NCBI RefSeq assembly: GCF_964204645.1
Contig: NC_134032.1
Coordinates: 10,714,275-10,778,274, forward strand
Origin: Tubulanus polymorphus
Lineage: Eukaryota > Animalia > Nemertea
Length of the DNA: 64,000 nucleotides
Direction of reading: 5' to 3'
The translations under genes were made by a program, and so were the position numbers. The notes beneath the pieces are model-generated. The model was not told where the DNA came from. It worked only from the letters and a program-made list of their open reading frames with translations, and did no database searches. Below, in pieces: positions 12,481-25,200 of this stretch (positions within the stretch are counted from its first letter, which is position 1; each line of letters opens with the position of its first letter).

Positions 12481-14396
12481 CACACAGTCCGTTGCTTATC
12501 CTTAGAAAATTATGCAAATGAAGAATCTGAGGACGCATGTGGCTCCCCTCCCGATAGGTTGTTGAACTCGGCACCCACCCTCACACCATAATGGTGAACA
12601 AAATGGTGGTATCAACTTCGGTCGATGTATCAAGCTTTGTGCGTTTAATTCTTAAATGTGTTTTTCTTGTATTTCAGGTTATGTTGTGTGTTTTATTAGT
12701 TCAGCTCCGTATAGAATGCAGGTTAATAAGAATGAAAAATTATCCACATTCAGAATCATGGAATTGTAGAATACTGAAAATTCATATTGATGGGGATTCG
12801 AACCTGATCATGGTGACCGGTACCTCTACGTCAACGTACTACATGCTCTTGAAAAATAACTGGATGTAAAGGTTGAAGAAATCGAATCAAGAGTCCGAGT
12901 CGGCTTTCGCTTCAACGATGTTTAATTCGGTCGGTAATTTTTACATTTTGATTTCAACCGATAGTAAATTCCGAGGTTTCGCGCGACGCGTCGTGTCAGT
13001 AAAAAGATTTTATAAAAGATGACTAATCACGCACAAGAGCAATTGGTAATATCTTTTTTCAGGCCAAAGGTCGAAGAGTCGAGCTCATAAAAAATAAAAA
13101 TAAATTCTCGCACGCTCGAATTTATTTCTTCAACCATTAACCTGAAACAACATATTCCCAATTACTCTTATATTCATGTTTTAAAAGTGAGAGTTAAATG
13201 TTAACATAATAATCTAGAAAAATAAGATCAAATATAGATTTCGAATAATAAAAAATCAATTTTTAACATAAAAAGTGTGAGTAAAGTGTGAGTAAAATAA
13301 TTCATATTCAAAACATTGAATATTCATATTTATATGCGTTGGATTCATTTTAATAAAAGTTTTGTAATAAAAATGAAGATAGAAGAAGAAGAACCTAAAT
13401 TCAAAATCGAAATAAATGAAACCAATAACTTATTTTCACAGTTTAACATTAAGAATTATATTTCAGCATCAAATTTAGTGTATGAGAGACATTATAAAAT
13501 TGATAATATCACTGTAATTAATCAAATATTATCAAATGAAACTTATTTAATTACTGATTAGAACTAGTGATAATGGAACTATTGGAACTATTAGAACCAT
13601 TAGAACTTTTGATAATGGAATCAAAAATCCTAAAACATTTAATACAGTTTTAAATTTTAAAGGAACTTTAGATGAAAACATAATAAATATTCTTAAAATT
13701 ACTTTCAATGAATGAAAAAGTGATATAATATTTTCAAAAGATTATAATGATTTGATTAACTTAAGAATTGAAAAAAAGACAATTATATTATTTCAATTTT
13801 GATAATAAACAAATTATCTATAACGATAATTCATCAAATATTGGTATTCAATGTAATTTAGATGATGAATATTCAAGATCACATAAATCAAAGCATTATC
13901 AGACAATTAAACATATCGAATATGGAAAGAATAATAATTCTATATTGAAATAAGATTAAGCTGTATGTTTCAAATATCATGACTCAAAAATAATAATTCA
14001 ACTCTAAATATTCATATTCAAAATAAGATATTTCAAATTACTTTTAATTTTTTTTTCTTTAAATAAATGGATGGTTTCATTCCAACTGGGAAAAGTGATT
14101 GGAAGCATTATCTTATAGCAGGAGGGTTAATATCGGCTGCGCTTTTCTTTTACTATGAGAATATAAGTAAGGATCTAATGAATAAAAATATTAAATTGAG
14201 TAAAAAGTTAAAGAAGTTAAATACATGAAACATGAATAATTTTCCAGACATCTCATTAAAGAGTGCATCACATACATTGAAAATACCTTTTTTAAAACGG
14301 CATAGACTGCAAGTGAAAGAATCCCTTGACTGCCACAGTAGCATTCTCAGTTCACCTTTATATTGCTATATGAAAATATGTATTGATTCTTCACAA

Positions 14397-15739
14397 AGGA
14401 TCTATTGTGATTTTAGTTCAGTGAAAATCCAACAGAGGGGGTAAAGTATCGAAATGAGTTTTAGAGCCAAGAAAAAATAACAAAAACCTGCCGAAATAAA
14501 AAAATACATTATTTCAAGTGCATCTATGGATACAAAACATATTCAAATTACTCGTAGATTAATTATAATTAGACAACGTAATTAATCGTCTAACGTATTT
14601 GAACTTATTTAGAAACGACTGTGTTATCATCTGCAAGGAAATAGCGGAATAGCTCTCATCATGTAGTTCTACTTTCATCTCGTAGATGGCGCATGTGTGA
14701 AAGGATAACAAATGAACGAATTCATATAACTTGTTAGAAAAACAATTAGTTCCGGGAAATTCTGATAGATGGCGATCGTGCATCAATCTTTACTAATGCG
14801 AATTTAGGACATTAACTAGCTTATTATTAGCTTGATTAATCAGTCATTTATCTAAGCCACTACTAATTAGTCTCAATAGACCGGAAACCTGGACCACCCC
14901 CAGTTATCCTCTGCTCAATGACTACCCAGTTCCAGCGTCAATTGACCGGGTTCAAACCTGGGACTACGCAGACTATTAGCTTCAATCTTAACTCTATTCA
15001 GCAAAAGGAACGCTCCAAATCAGTTAATATAACATACAACTCCCATATCGCACTTAGTTCATTAGCTCTAGGATCTATTGTGATTTTAGTTCAGTGAAAA
15101 TCCAACAGAGGGGGTAAAGTATCGAAATGAGTTTTAGAGCCAAGAAAAAATAACAAAAACCTGCCGAAATAAAAAAATACATTATTTCAAGTGCATCTAT
15201 GGATACAAAACATATTCAAATTACTCGTAGATTAATTATAATTAGACAACGTAATTAATCGTCTAACGTATTTGAACTTATTTAGAAACGACTGTGTTAT
15301 CATCTGCAAGGAAATAGCGGAATAGCTCTCATCATGTAGTTCTACTTTCATCTCGTAGATGGCGCATGTGTGAAAGGATAACAAATGAACGAATTCATAT
15401 AACTTGTTAGAAAAACAATTAGTTCCGGGAAATTCTGATAGATGGCGATCGTGCATCAATCTTTACTAATGCGAATTTAGGACATTAACTAGCTTATTAT
15501 TAGCTTGATTAATCAGTCATTTATCTAAGCCACTACTAATTAGTCTCAATAGACCGGAAACCTGGACCACCCCCAGTTATCCTCTGCTCAATGACTACCC
15601 AGTTCCAGCGTCAATTGACCGGGTTCAAACCTGGGACTACGCAGACTATTAGCTTCAATCTTAACTCTATTCAGCAAAAGGAACGCTCCAAATCAGTTAA
15701 TATAACATACAACTCCCATATCGCACTTAGTTCATTAGC
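14397..15739 (+). repeat. Apparently perfect tandem duplication of 670 bp (period 673)
   Basis: 14397-15066 matches 15070-15739 with a 3-nt tct spacer. The ORF track gives identical 75-aa ORFs at 14559 and 15232 (offset 673). Confidence 0.95.
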
Positions 15740-15859
15740 AGATAACGACCATTTATTTTCCTTTTTTTCAATGATTGCAAAAGATAATATGAAGAGATTT
15801 ATCATTTTCTAGATATTTTAGCACACAGAAGTATTCTCAACTCGCCCCCACGTGACTGT

Positions 15860-18608
15860 ATGGAAAACTATATGAATTCTTTACAAAGCATTTATTGTGA
15901 TTTTTGTTTCAGTTGAAATCCAACAGAAGGGGTTAGGTATCGAAACACCCTTTATACCCAAAATGAAATAACAAAAGAGCTATTTTTCTAATGTTTCTGA
16001 AGTTAATAAGAAACCACTGTTATCATTATCAGATACCGGTTTGTTTATTTCATGAATAATTCAAAAAAAATTCGAAAACAAATGTTTTACATGAAACATG
16101 AATAATTTTCCAGACATCTCATTAAAGAGTGCATCACATACATATAAAATACCTTTTATATAACGGCATAGACTGCAAGAGAAGAATCCCTTGATTGTCA
16201 CAGTAGCATTCTCAGTTCATCTTTATATTACTATATGAAAATATGTATGGATTCTTTACAAAGGATATCTTGTGATTTTAGTTCAGTGAAAATCCAACAG
16301 AGGGGGTAAAGTATCGAAATGCGTTTTAGAGCCCAGAAAACATAACAAAAACCTCCCGAAATTTAAAAATACATTATTTCAAGTGCATCTATGGATTCAA
16401 AACATATTCAAATTAATCGTAGATTAATTAATTAGACAACGTAATTAATCGTTTAACGTATTTGAACTTATTTAGAAACGACTGCATTATCATCTGCTAG
16501 GAAAAAGCGGAATAGCTCTCATCATGTAGTTCTATCTCGTAGATGGCGCATGTGTGAAAGGATAACACATGAACGAATTCATACAACTTGTTAGAAAAAC
16601 AATTAGTTCCGGGAAATTCTGATAGATGGCGATACAAATGCGAATTTAGGATATTAACTAGCTTATCCCCAGTTTATCCTCTACTCACTGACTACCCAGT
16701 GCCAGCGTCGATTGACCGGGTTCAAACCTGGGAATATCCAAACTATTAGCTTCAATCTTAACTTTCATCCTCTATTTAGCAAAAGGAACGCTCAAGATCA
16801 GTTTCAATGGACCGTGGGTTCGAATCTGGGGACACCCCTTTTCATCCTCTATTCACCATCAGGACCACTTGGAAACAGTATCAGCAGACCAGGTTCAAAT
16901 CCTGACCTTGTTAAACCAGAAAAAATAACAAAAACCTCCCGAAATGAAAAAATACATTATTTCAAATGTATCTATGGATTCAAAACATATTCAAATTACT
17001 CGTAGATTAATTAATTAGACAACGTAATTAATCGTCTAACGTATTTGAACTTATTTAGAAACGACTGTGTTATCATCTGCTGGGAAATATCTGAATAGCT
17101 CTCATCATTTAGATTCAACTTTCATCTCGTAGATGGCGCATGTATGAAAGGATAACACATGAACGAATTCATATACTTGTTAGAAAAACAATTAGTTCCG
17201 GGAAATTCTGATAGATGGCGATCGTGCATCAATCTAATGCGAATTTAGGACATTAACTAGCTTATCCCCAGTTATCCTCTACTCACTGACTACCCAGTAC
17301 CAGCGTCGATTGACGTGGTTCAAACCTGGGACTATCCAAACTATTAGCTTCAATCTTAACTTTCATCCTCTATTCAGCAAAAGGAACGCTCAAGATCAGT
17401 TTCAGTGGACCGTGGGTTCGAATCTGGGGACACCCCTTTTAATCCTCTATTCACCATCAGGACCACTTGGAAACAGTATCAGTAGACCAGGTTCAAATCT
17501 GGGCCCATCCTGACCTTGTTAAACAGCTTTCCATTATGGGCCCAACCCCTCAGAAACAGAACAAATCATTTGATGATTTTGCAATAATAAATATTTTATT
17601 TACCTGCAATCCTCTATAAAAATAGATATATAAATATGATTTATTTGACGAAATGTATTTTTTAAATTTCGATACAAAATAGTTGACAAATAGAAAGTGC
17701 GCGCAGGTTAGTGGAATGTCTGCTTAGTTTGCTCCTAACACGGCTTAGAGAGGAGGGATTAGACACTAGAGTACTTATATTCTGCAATTATATTCTAACC
17801 CCTTCAAACACTTAGAGGGGTGAAGCAATCGTTTCGCGTAGAAATCAGTGATATGTTAATAAATACATGATATTTTCACATTTAACAAAAACAGCTATTT
17901 ACAACTTTATAAAAGGACAAAATAGATTCGCAATTGTGGCTGGAAAATAGCGTAAAAATACTAGATGATCATAGCGGGCAAGATAGCGATATTTCATAGA
18001 ATAGCTTTCATATACATTACATCACAACTTTATACAGTAAAATCTCAAACATTGCTATAACAATCTCTGACCCTTAAAAGAAACAATATGGAATGTTTAT
18101 ATTGGACGAATTCTTACATGATCTGATACAAATCAACTTGCGTAAAACTGTTTTAGTTCCCGGACGGTTCAAAATAATATCGATGGAAAATTGAAATGTT
18201 TTCAATAAATAGACGACGACATATTTTCATCAAATGATGCACCTAATAAGCAAGACTTAGTTCAAAAGTGATATTTAATCTAAGACCACTCCTAGACTGA
18301 ATCTGAGGGCTATAGAGCAGGGACAGGTCTAAAATAGTTAATTTGGTTTCAGAACCAAAATCAGCTTAGACTGAGACTGAAGAGTTGTAAGGCTATAGAA
18401 CCAAAGTAAGAATGAGCTCAAGTCAATGATGTTTTGACTGCGCGCAACTGGCCCCTAAATTCAGTTATATTATAAGTTACAAAATAAGGCTTACGAGTTA
18501 AAATCAGCTTGTTCTCAGAGTCTTATATGAACTCTGAAAACTCTCCCATTTTTTAAAAGGTCCATACCAGTGATTTTATTTTCTGAGAAAAGAGATCCCT
18601 CTTTCCAT
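15860..18608 (+). repeat. Further diverged copies of the ~600-700-bp unit and copy B of the segmental duplication
   Basis: The same unit (ttcaagtgcatctatgga...gatggcgcatgtgtgaaagg...ggttcaaacctggga) recurs at about 16260-16920 and 16920-17520. Confidence 0.85.
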
Positions 18609-19020
18609 AGTAATGAGTTAACATTAGTTCATTTTCAAGCCAGGGTTCTTACGGGTTGGCCAATTTAATTTTCCAGGAACCTTTTCCATACCCAGATTAT
18701 ACATTTTCCATCCCTAAATTGCACATCCCCAACTTAGAGCAGGCAAAAGGCCAATAGGCCGATACAAAGTAAATAAGTGCCAATTATCATAACCATTGAT
18801 GAATTGTTTTCATTAAGATTATTTATAGTTGCTATAGACAATGCGTTATTTTGAAAGTGACAGCTCCCTGGTGTTACTATCAAAATTGTCGGCAAGAGAA
18901 TTCCTCAACTAGCCTAAAGATCAGATTGAAAATTTAGTTTTGAGACACTTTGCTGATTTTCCATACATTTTCAATAACCATAGAGAATAAAACAAAATGT
19001 CCATAGCTTTTCAAGGGCCC

Positions 19021-19150
19021 GGGGCCAGTTGCTCAAAAGTTGGTTAAGAGTTAACCAGTGGATAGTTTTCATAGTGACAATTGAATCTCCATTGTTACTA
19101 TGGTATTCATCCGCCGATTATCTTTAACACAACTTTTGAGCACCCCGCCC
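19021..19150. mobile_element. MITE, GGGGCCAGTTGC-terminus family
   Basis: ggggccagttgctcaaaagttg ... caacttttgagcaccccgcccc inverted termini. Confidence 0.7.
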
Positions 19151-19270
19151 CTTGGAAAAGAATTCCCCAGACTTTCAAAAACCCGCGAGAACCCTGTCAA
19201 GCACACAATCTTGTTTTGCGATCGTTCGATTTCGCGCAGTATTTTTCTGCAGACGCGCGTCGAGCAACTT

Positions 19271-22200
19271 TTACGCGTACGAGAATTCCGTGCGCCGGTC
19301 CATTTCGAATCCGTCGTATGCGTGCGCGTCGAATATGTTACTGTTGCTGTGAATATACGACGTTGGCGAGCGAGGCGGGTACGACCGTTCGGGCGGTCGC
19401 GGCGGTTCGCGTTTCTCGCGGCGGCTACGACGCACGAATAAACAGCACATGCACATCGCGATCGTCAGCAAAACGAACGTGCCGGCCGCGAGTACGTACG
19501 TCGTCATGTAGTACTCCTTCTCCAACATGGCCGCTTCCGGAATTATCCACTCTGAAATATAAGACGAAAACACAACGGCGAATTATAGCTATTTCAAATG
19601 ATTCCATGACAGGGCCATACGTATTGTTCACTCCTGGATATATGGAGTTTTAAGTTTTAAAAGAGAAAAATTTCAAATATCGAAGAAGCGTCTGCATCAC
19701 CTTTGTACCCTAATTACAATAGACTCCTTCTAAATCGGTACTGTTTATCTCAGTAAACCATTAATTCAGTGGTTTTAAGCTAATTTTTATCTTTTAGACT
19801 ACCTAAGCTCGGTTTTAATTCGGTAACCACCTAATAGGGTATTAACAAATCCAAACTGTACCAATAAAGGCATAGTTACTGTACAACCACAAAAAAATTA
19901 GACAAATCTAATTTCTTAACGCCTATGTCTCGAAAATGAAAGTTTTAAAGGAGCTACAGGCAATTTGCTCAAGAAAATTCGTTCAGAAGGAGTTTTTAAG
20001 GTATCCAGGAGGGATCTTGACAATTTAAATTTAACCATTCTGAGCTTGCGGTAAACTTGTTCACAAAACCAGACCCAGTCGAAACTCAATATTGGTACGT
20101 ACCATTATCGATGCGCGCGTAATGTCGAAAGTAATGGTTCCAAAATCCGTAGTAACTCTGTCGATATGCGATCTGATTGGTCAAATTCGGATAGCCGATG
20201 TTGATGTACGTCAAATTCTTCAAGTTGTACGAGTAGAAGTACGTTTCGTTCAATTTCTCGGGCGTCGGGTCCCACAGTTTCGAGAAGTTCGTCAACATGA
20301 ACATCATGTAGTTGCTGATGTTCTTGTCGAGGTCGGAGAAGTTCGTCTGGTGAACGAGTCCGAGGTCGTTCGTGTCGTTCCACAGCGTGTAGTTGAACCA
20401 CGGCGCTCCGTACAACCACGGTAACTCCTCGCCGGCATACGCGCCTTTAAAAAAGAGAAAGAATTTATTTATCAATTTGTCGAACAGGGTGGCCACATTC
20501 AGCCAATTTACAAATCCCTGTTTTCCTAAATCCGAGTTTTCCCTTATTTTTCAATGTGATCACGCAAAATTTCGTCCGTGAATCTGAGAAATTTCTAGGT
20601 TTAAAATGTTACGATTCATTCATTTTTCATTGAATCACGAATTGATATAGAAACAAGCAAATACTGCGCCTCTCAATTATTGTAAGCCTCCGAATTAGAA
20701 TTCATGTACATGTACCGCTTTTATGATTGACGACACACATCCTCGCTACAACAGGTAACACGTTATTAACCACAAACCGCTCTATTCGATATCATCATAA
20801 ACAGTTAGTTACTTACCCATCCATTCGGGATTCGTGCTGTTGCCCGAAACGTAGTCGAACACGTAGAAGTACGTGCGATTATCGAATCGAGCCTGATGTT
20901 TTAACGCCGCGTCGACGCAGCTACCATACTTCTTATCAGTCAACATCTATAAGCATACGTATAAAAGAATATTACGTTTCAGTTCTCTGTTTTTACTCAA
21001 TGAGGTTAAAACTTTAATAATAGCTATAGATATTGCGTAGTAAGGATTTGGTTCAGTTTCACGGTCGAATTTACAGATATAGGTAGCGATGGGAGGATGA
21101 GAAAGGAATAGAGATAAGAGATGAGAAGCGTGAGAGACGAGAGGGAGAGAGGTGGAAGGGAGATATAGGATGAAAAAGAAAGAGGGATGATGAAAGGGGA
21201 GATAGGTTGAGAAGGGGAGATATGGAGAGGGATGGAGAAAGGAGATGAGAGAGGGCAGAGATGGGACAGGGAGATTGAGAGGGAGAGATATGAGAGGGAT
21301 GGAGAAAGGAGAGAAGAATTGAGAAGGGACAGAGAGAGGTAGGTTGAGAGGGAGAGATGAAGGGAAAAGGAGAGAGGAAGGAGAAAGGAAGATAAAAGAG
21401 AGAGGAGGAGAGAGATAAGTGGAGAAAGAGCGAGATAGGAGGGAGGACACATGTTTTAACCATGTTTTAGCCACCCTAACTTCTGAATCTCTAAAATCTC
21501 ATCGATACTCACGTCGGTGAAGTTGAGCCGGCGTATCGTATCGTTGTGCGGATCGGGCCAGTACGTGTATTTATACTCTAACAGGTCTAACACCTCGTCG
21601 GTGTTCTCGATGCTCCACTCGTTCAGCAGTCGACGCGTGTGCTCGCGGAATCCTGCCTTCGTCAGGCCGTACGGCGAATCGCCGAGATACTTCGCTACAA
21701 ATGATAACATCTTCGTCAAATTTCATTAAAGGCGACCAGCACTCGGCAGACGGCGCAACAAAACACAGGGTTATTCGTGTAGTGAAAATCAGTTCATTTT
21801 CAATGAAATTTAATCGAAATTTTTCGGCAACCAAATTTTAAAATTATCAAACAAGTCCTCGAATAGATATAAAATTGACTTTCCCATTCAGTTTATGGTT
21901 AAGGTTTACTGGAAATTGATTTACTTATCGGAAAAGTTAACTCAATTTCATTGGAATATAGAAGGAATTGAAGCGCGGTAGCGGGTTATCGCTTGCCACA
22001 GTAGCATTGCTGTACCCCATTACAATACATTCTTCTCATTGTTAGATGAATTCATAATTAATATTTCAAAGGTGATATCTTTAAATTTTCTCAAATGAAA
22101 ATTGAGCCATCGTACAAATGAAAAGGATAGCATCGTACCACGGGGATGACAAGGTATTCATTAGTGGTAGCTGGTTGATGAAATTGACTTCAAAAAAGAT

Positions 22201-25200
22201 TGCGGAAAAACGCTGCCCTCAGCAAATACTATGCAAGAATTTCTGAAATATATTCCGGTAAGCGGAAAATCTATCGAGTTCTCAATAATGTTTCCGAACA
22301 GGGAAGTATCATTTCGAAAATTAAGTTTAAGATTTCGCGACGAATTACTCCGGTGGTTTTTACCTGCGAGTTGAGCAGCTCCGTATCGCGTTAATCCGGC
22401 CATGTAGGGAATCTTTTCGAAACGACCGTTCGCCCGCGCGTACCCCGGAGAGGTCGGCATGAATTCGTAGGACCCGTCCCAGACCGGAGTCCAAGCGAAA
22501 CCGCCGCGTCCATTCTGTAGAAAAAAAAATACGAGAAAAACGTTTAGTATCGAATAGACGGCTCTTCTCAAATCCGTGTTTACTAGATAGCACCGACATT
22601 CAGCAGTCAGCCTTCCATTCGACAAATATCCCAAACCGATTTCAAAAGTATCTGGATGAAGAATGCGAAGTAAAACTTGAGATTGGAGACTGTGACAGTG
22701 AAGATTATATAAAGGATAAAGTTAGTTTCTGTGGCCAGTTGCATAGTCGTGGCTTAGACTGAAGACCAGTCTAAGACCAACTTAGTTCTATAGGCAATCT
22801 AACAACTTAAGACCATTCTTAAGATTTAAGTCCACTTTTGGACTTAAGTCACGACTGTGCAACTGCCCCCTAGTGCCCCAATTAAATTAAGCCCTCTCCT
22901 GTCTGATGGAGGAACTACAGTTGGAAATCACCCCTGTTGATCTACCAAGGAGTGGATCCGGTAGCCGGATATTGCCCTCGACTAAAGATTTATGTTAACC
23001 CTTTCAGTGCTGGCTAATCAATACCCTATAGTGCTGAAGATAATTTGAAAATTCTGAAATATATCACCCTAGTGTGTTGAATAACGGGAATAGTACTCTA
23101 GTGCGTCTACACCCTGGTGCGGTATATCGTTAGTTACTAATATTTCACTATGTTTGACAGGTGCTGCCATCTTTCAAGAGAGATAATTAGTAATTACTAA
23201 TGTGTACTAGCAAAACCCATCACTGAGGTTTTTGGCATGGTTTCTATATCCGAGGAATTCCCTTCGTTTTTCTTAAGACCCAGGGGCCAGTTGCATAGTC
23301 ATGGCTTAGACTTAAGACCAGTCTAAGACCAACTTAGTTCTATAGCTAACCTAACAACTTAAGACAAGTCTTAAGATTTAAGACCACTTTTGGACTTAAG
23401 TCACGACTGTGCAACTGGCCCCTGCATACTAATTTTCTTCGACCCCTCGCTCAGCGGTCGTCACTTACCCCCGGTGATATTTTACTGCCAGCACTCAGTA
23501 TCTCGTCGACGGGTTTATCTCGTAGACAGCGTAACATCTCCCAGTGTTGCTCAGGCTTACACGGACAGTTCAACATACAGCCGAGTTGTTCGGCGTATTT
23601 CTCCGGCTTCCAGAACTGAGACGTGTACGAATTCTCGCATAAATCGGAACCGTCGATCGCGATAGCTGCTTGGAACAAACCTATAATCATAGATACATAC
23701 ATTTACAATGCAAGTTTCATCAGATTTGAGCACAGTTTTAGTAGATCATGCGAGCCAGATTTTAGTGGATTTGAGAAGATTTTAAGTTGATATGCGCTCA
23801 GTTTAGTTTTTAGGTACCCATATGGGTAATTAGAGCTCATGGCATTTTAGTTAATTTCAGTGAAGTTTAAGTGGATTTGAGTGAAGATTTAGATAAATAG
23901 AGCCTGTTTTGAGTTGATTTGAGACCAGTTCTTGGTCTTTGAGTGCAGTTTTAGATGATTTGAGCCATATTTTAGATGAATTGAGCTTAGTTTGATTGAA
24001 TTAAACAGGTCTAGTCGATTCAAGCCCAGTTTCTTGTTTAAGCTTTTTCTTTAAGTTCCCTTCAAATGGGGTAGTTTATCTAAGGCTATATCTTGTTTGT
24101 TTGAGCCTGGTTCTGGTTAATCTAAGCCCAGCTCTAGTTTAATTTAGCACAGTTCGAATGAGCTAAACTTGAGCTTGAGCTCACACCAGAGCTAATTCAT
24201 TATTTTTTTCCGGTCTCTTTTCAGGTTTTCATGATCACCCAGGGTGAACTTTGCATTTCGTGCATTATCGACAAGTGGTTGCAGCTCATTGAAACCGATA
24301 TATAATTCAATGTTCACGTCGCATTTCACAGCTTCGGCCATCTCTGAACTAGGGTCGAACTACAGCGACCTATTTTCGAACTTTAATGCAAACGAACTGA
24401 CATTCGATTTCAGTTAGTTCGCAAATAGTCGACTAACTCCGATATCCGAAGTTCGCGCTGGTTGATGAAGGATAACACTGTAAATCGTACCTCGACTACG
24501 CGAGCGCGGAGACACCATATGCAACCCGACGCTGATACCGCCGGCTTCGCTTCCCATGATCGTGATCTTCGTTTCGTCGGCTCGCAAGTATTCGGCGATG
24601 TCTCGTACGAACTCCAGCGCGGCGAGCTGATCCAATAATCCGAAATTACCCTTCGCGTTCTCGTCCTGCGTCGATAGGAAACCTGCGGGTGAAAAACAAT
24701 GAATTCATTAAATTTCCTAAGCTAATCAAAATCAGGTCTTTTCTATTTTTGTTATTAATTGTAAATCCTCTATTTTACTCCATTATAGCATAGAACGGTT
24801 GCAATGTAATAACAAACAAGGAAAAAATTCTTAATACGGACTTTCCTAAATTTACGTGATGGTCCATGGTAAATCCATACTATCAAAATAGGTATAACTA
24901 GAACCGAAGCATTTAAAATTCATTTAGATTTCATTATAGGCCTACTCGTTATTTTAAAGATTTAGAATATGCGCGCTTGCCGTTTGTGTTAATCACGGCA
25001 GCGCGTAGTTGCTAGAATCATTCGTAGTTTCTTGGAAAACTAGGCCGTGCAGGAGGCACGCTTTTCATGTACGCAGCTAGCAGTAGTGAATAGATACACC
25101 ACATAGCAGCCAGTCTGACACACGTGTGAAGCACGAATATACGTAACAACGAAGTGTTCTTCCAACAACAAATTAATATAACTAAAACCAGCAAATAAGG

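Noticed and set aside
19081-19653. 190-aa plus-strand ORF
   Set aside because: Antisense shadow of the GC-rich last exon of the neuroligin-like gene; begins inside a MITE.
20947-21474. Three overlapping 130-175-aa Leu/Ser/Pro ORFs
   Set aside because: Artefact of a GA-rich low-complexity intronic tract.
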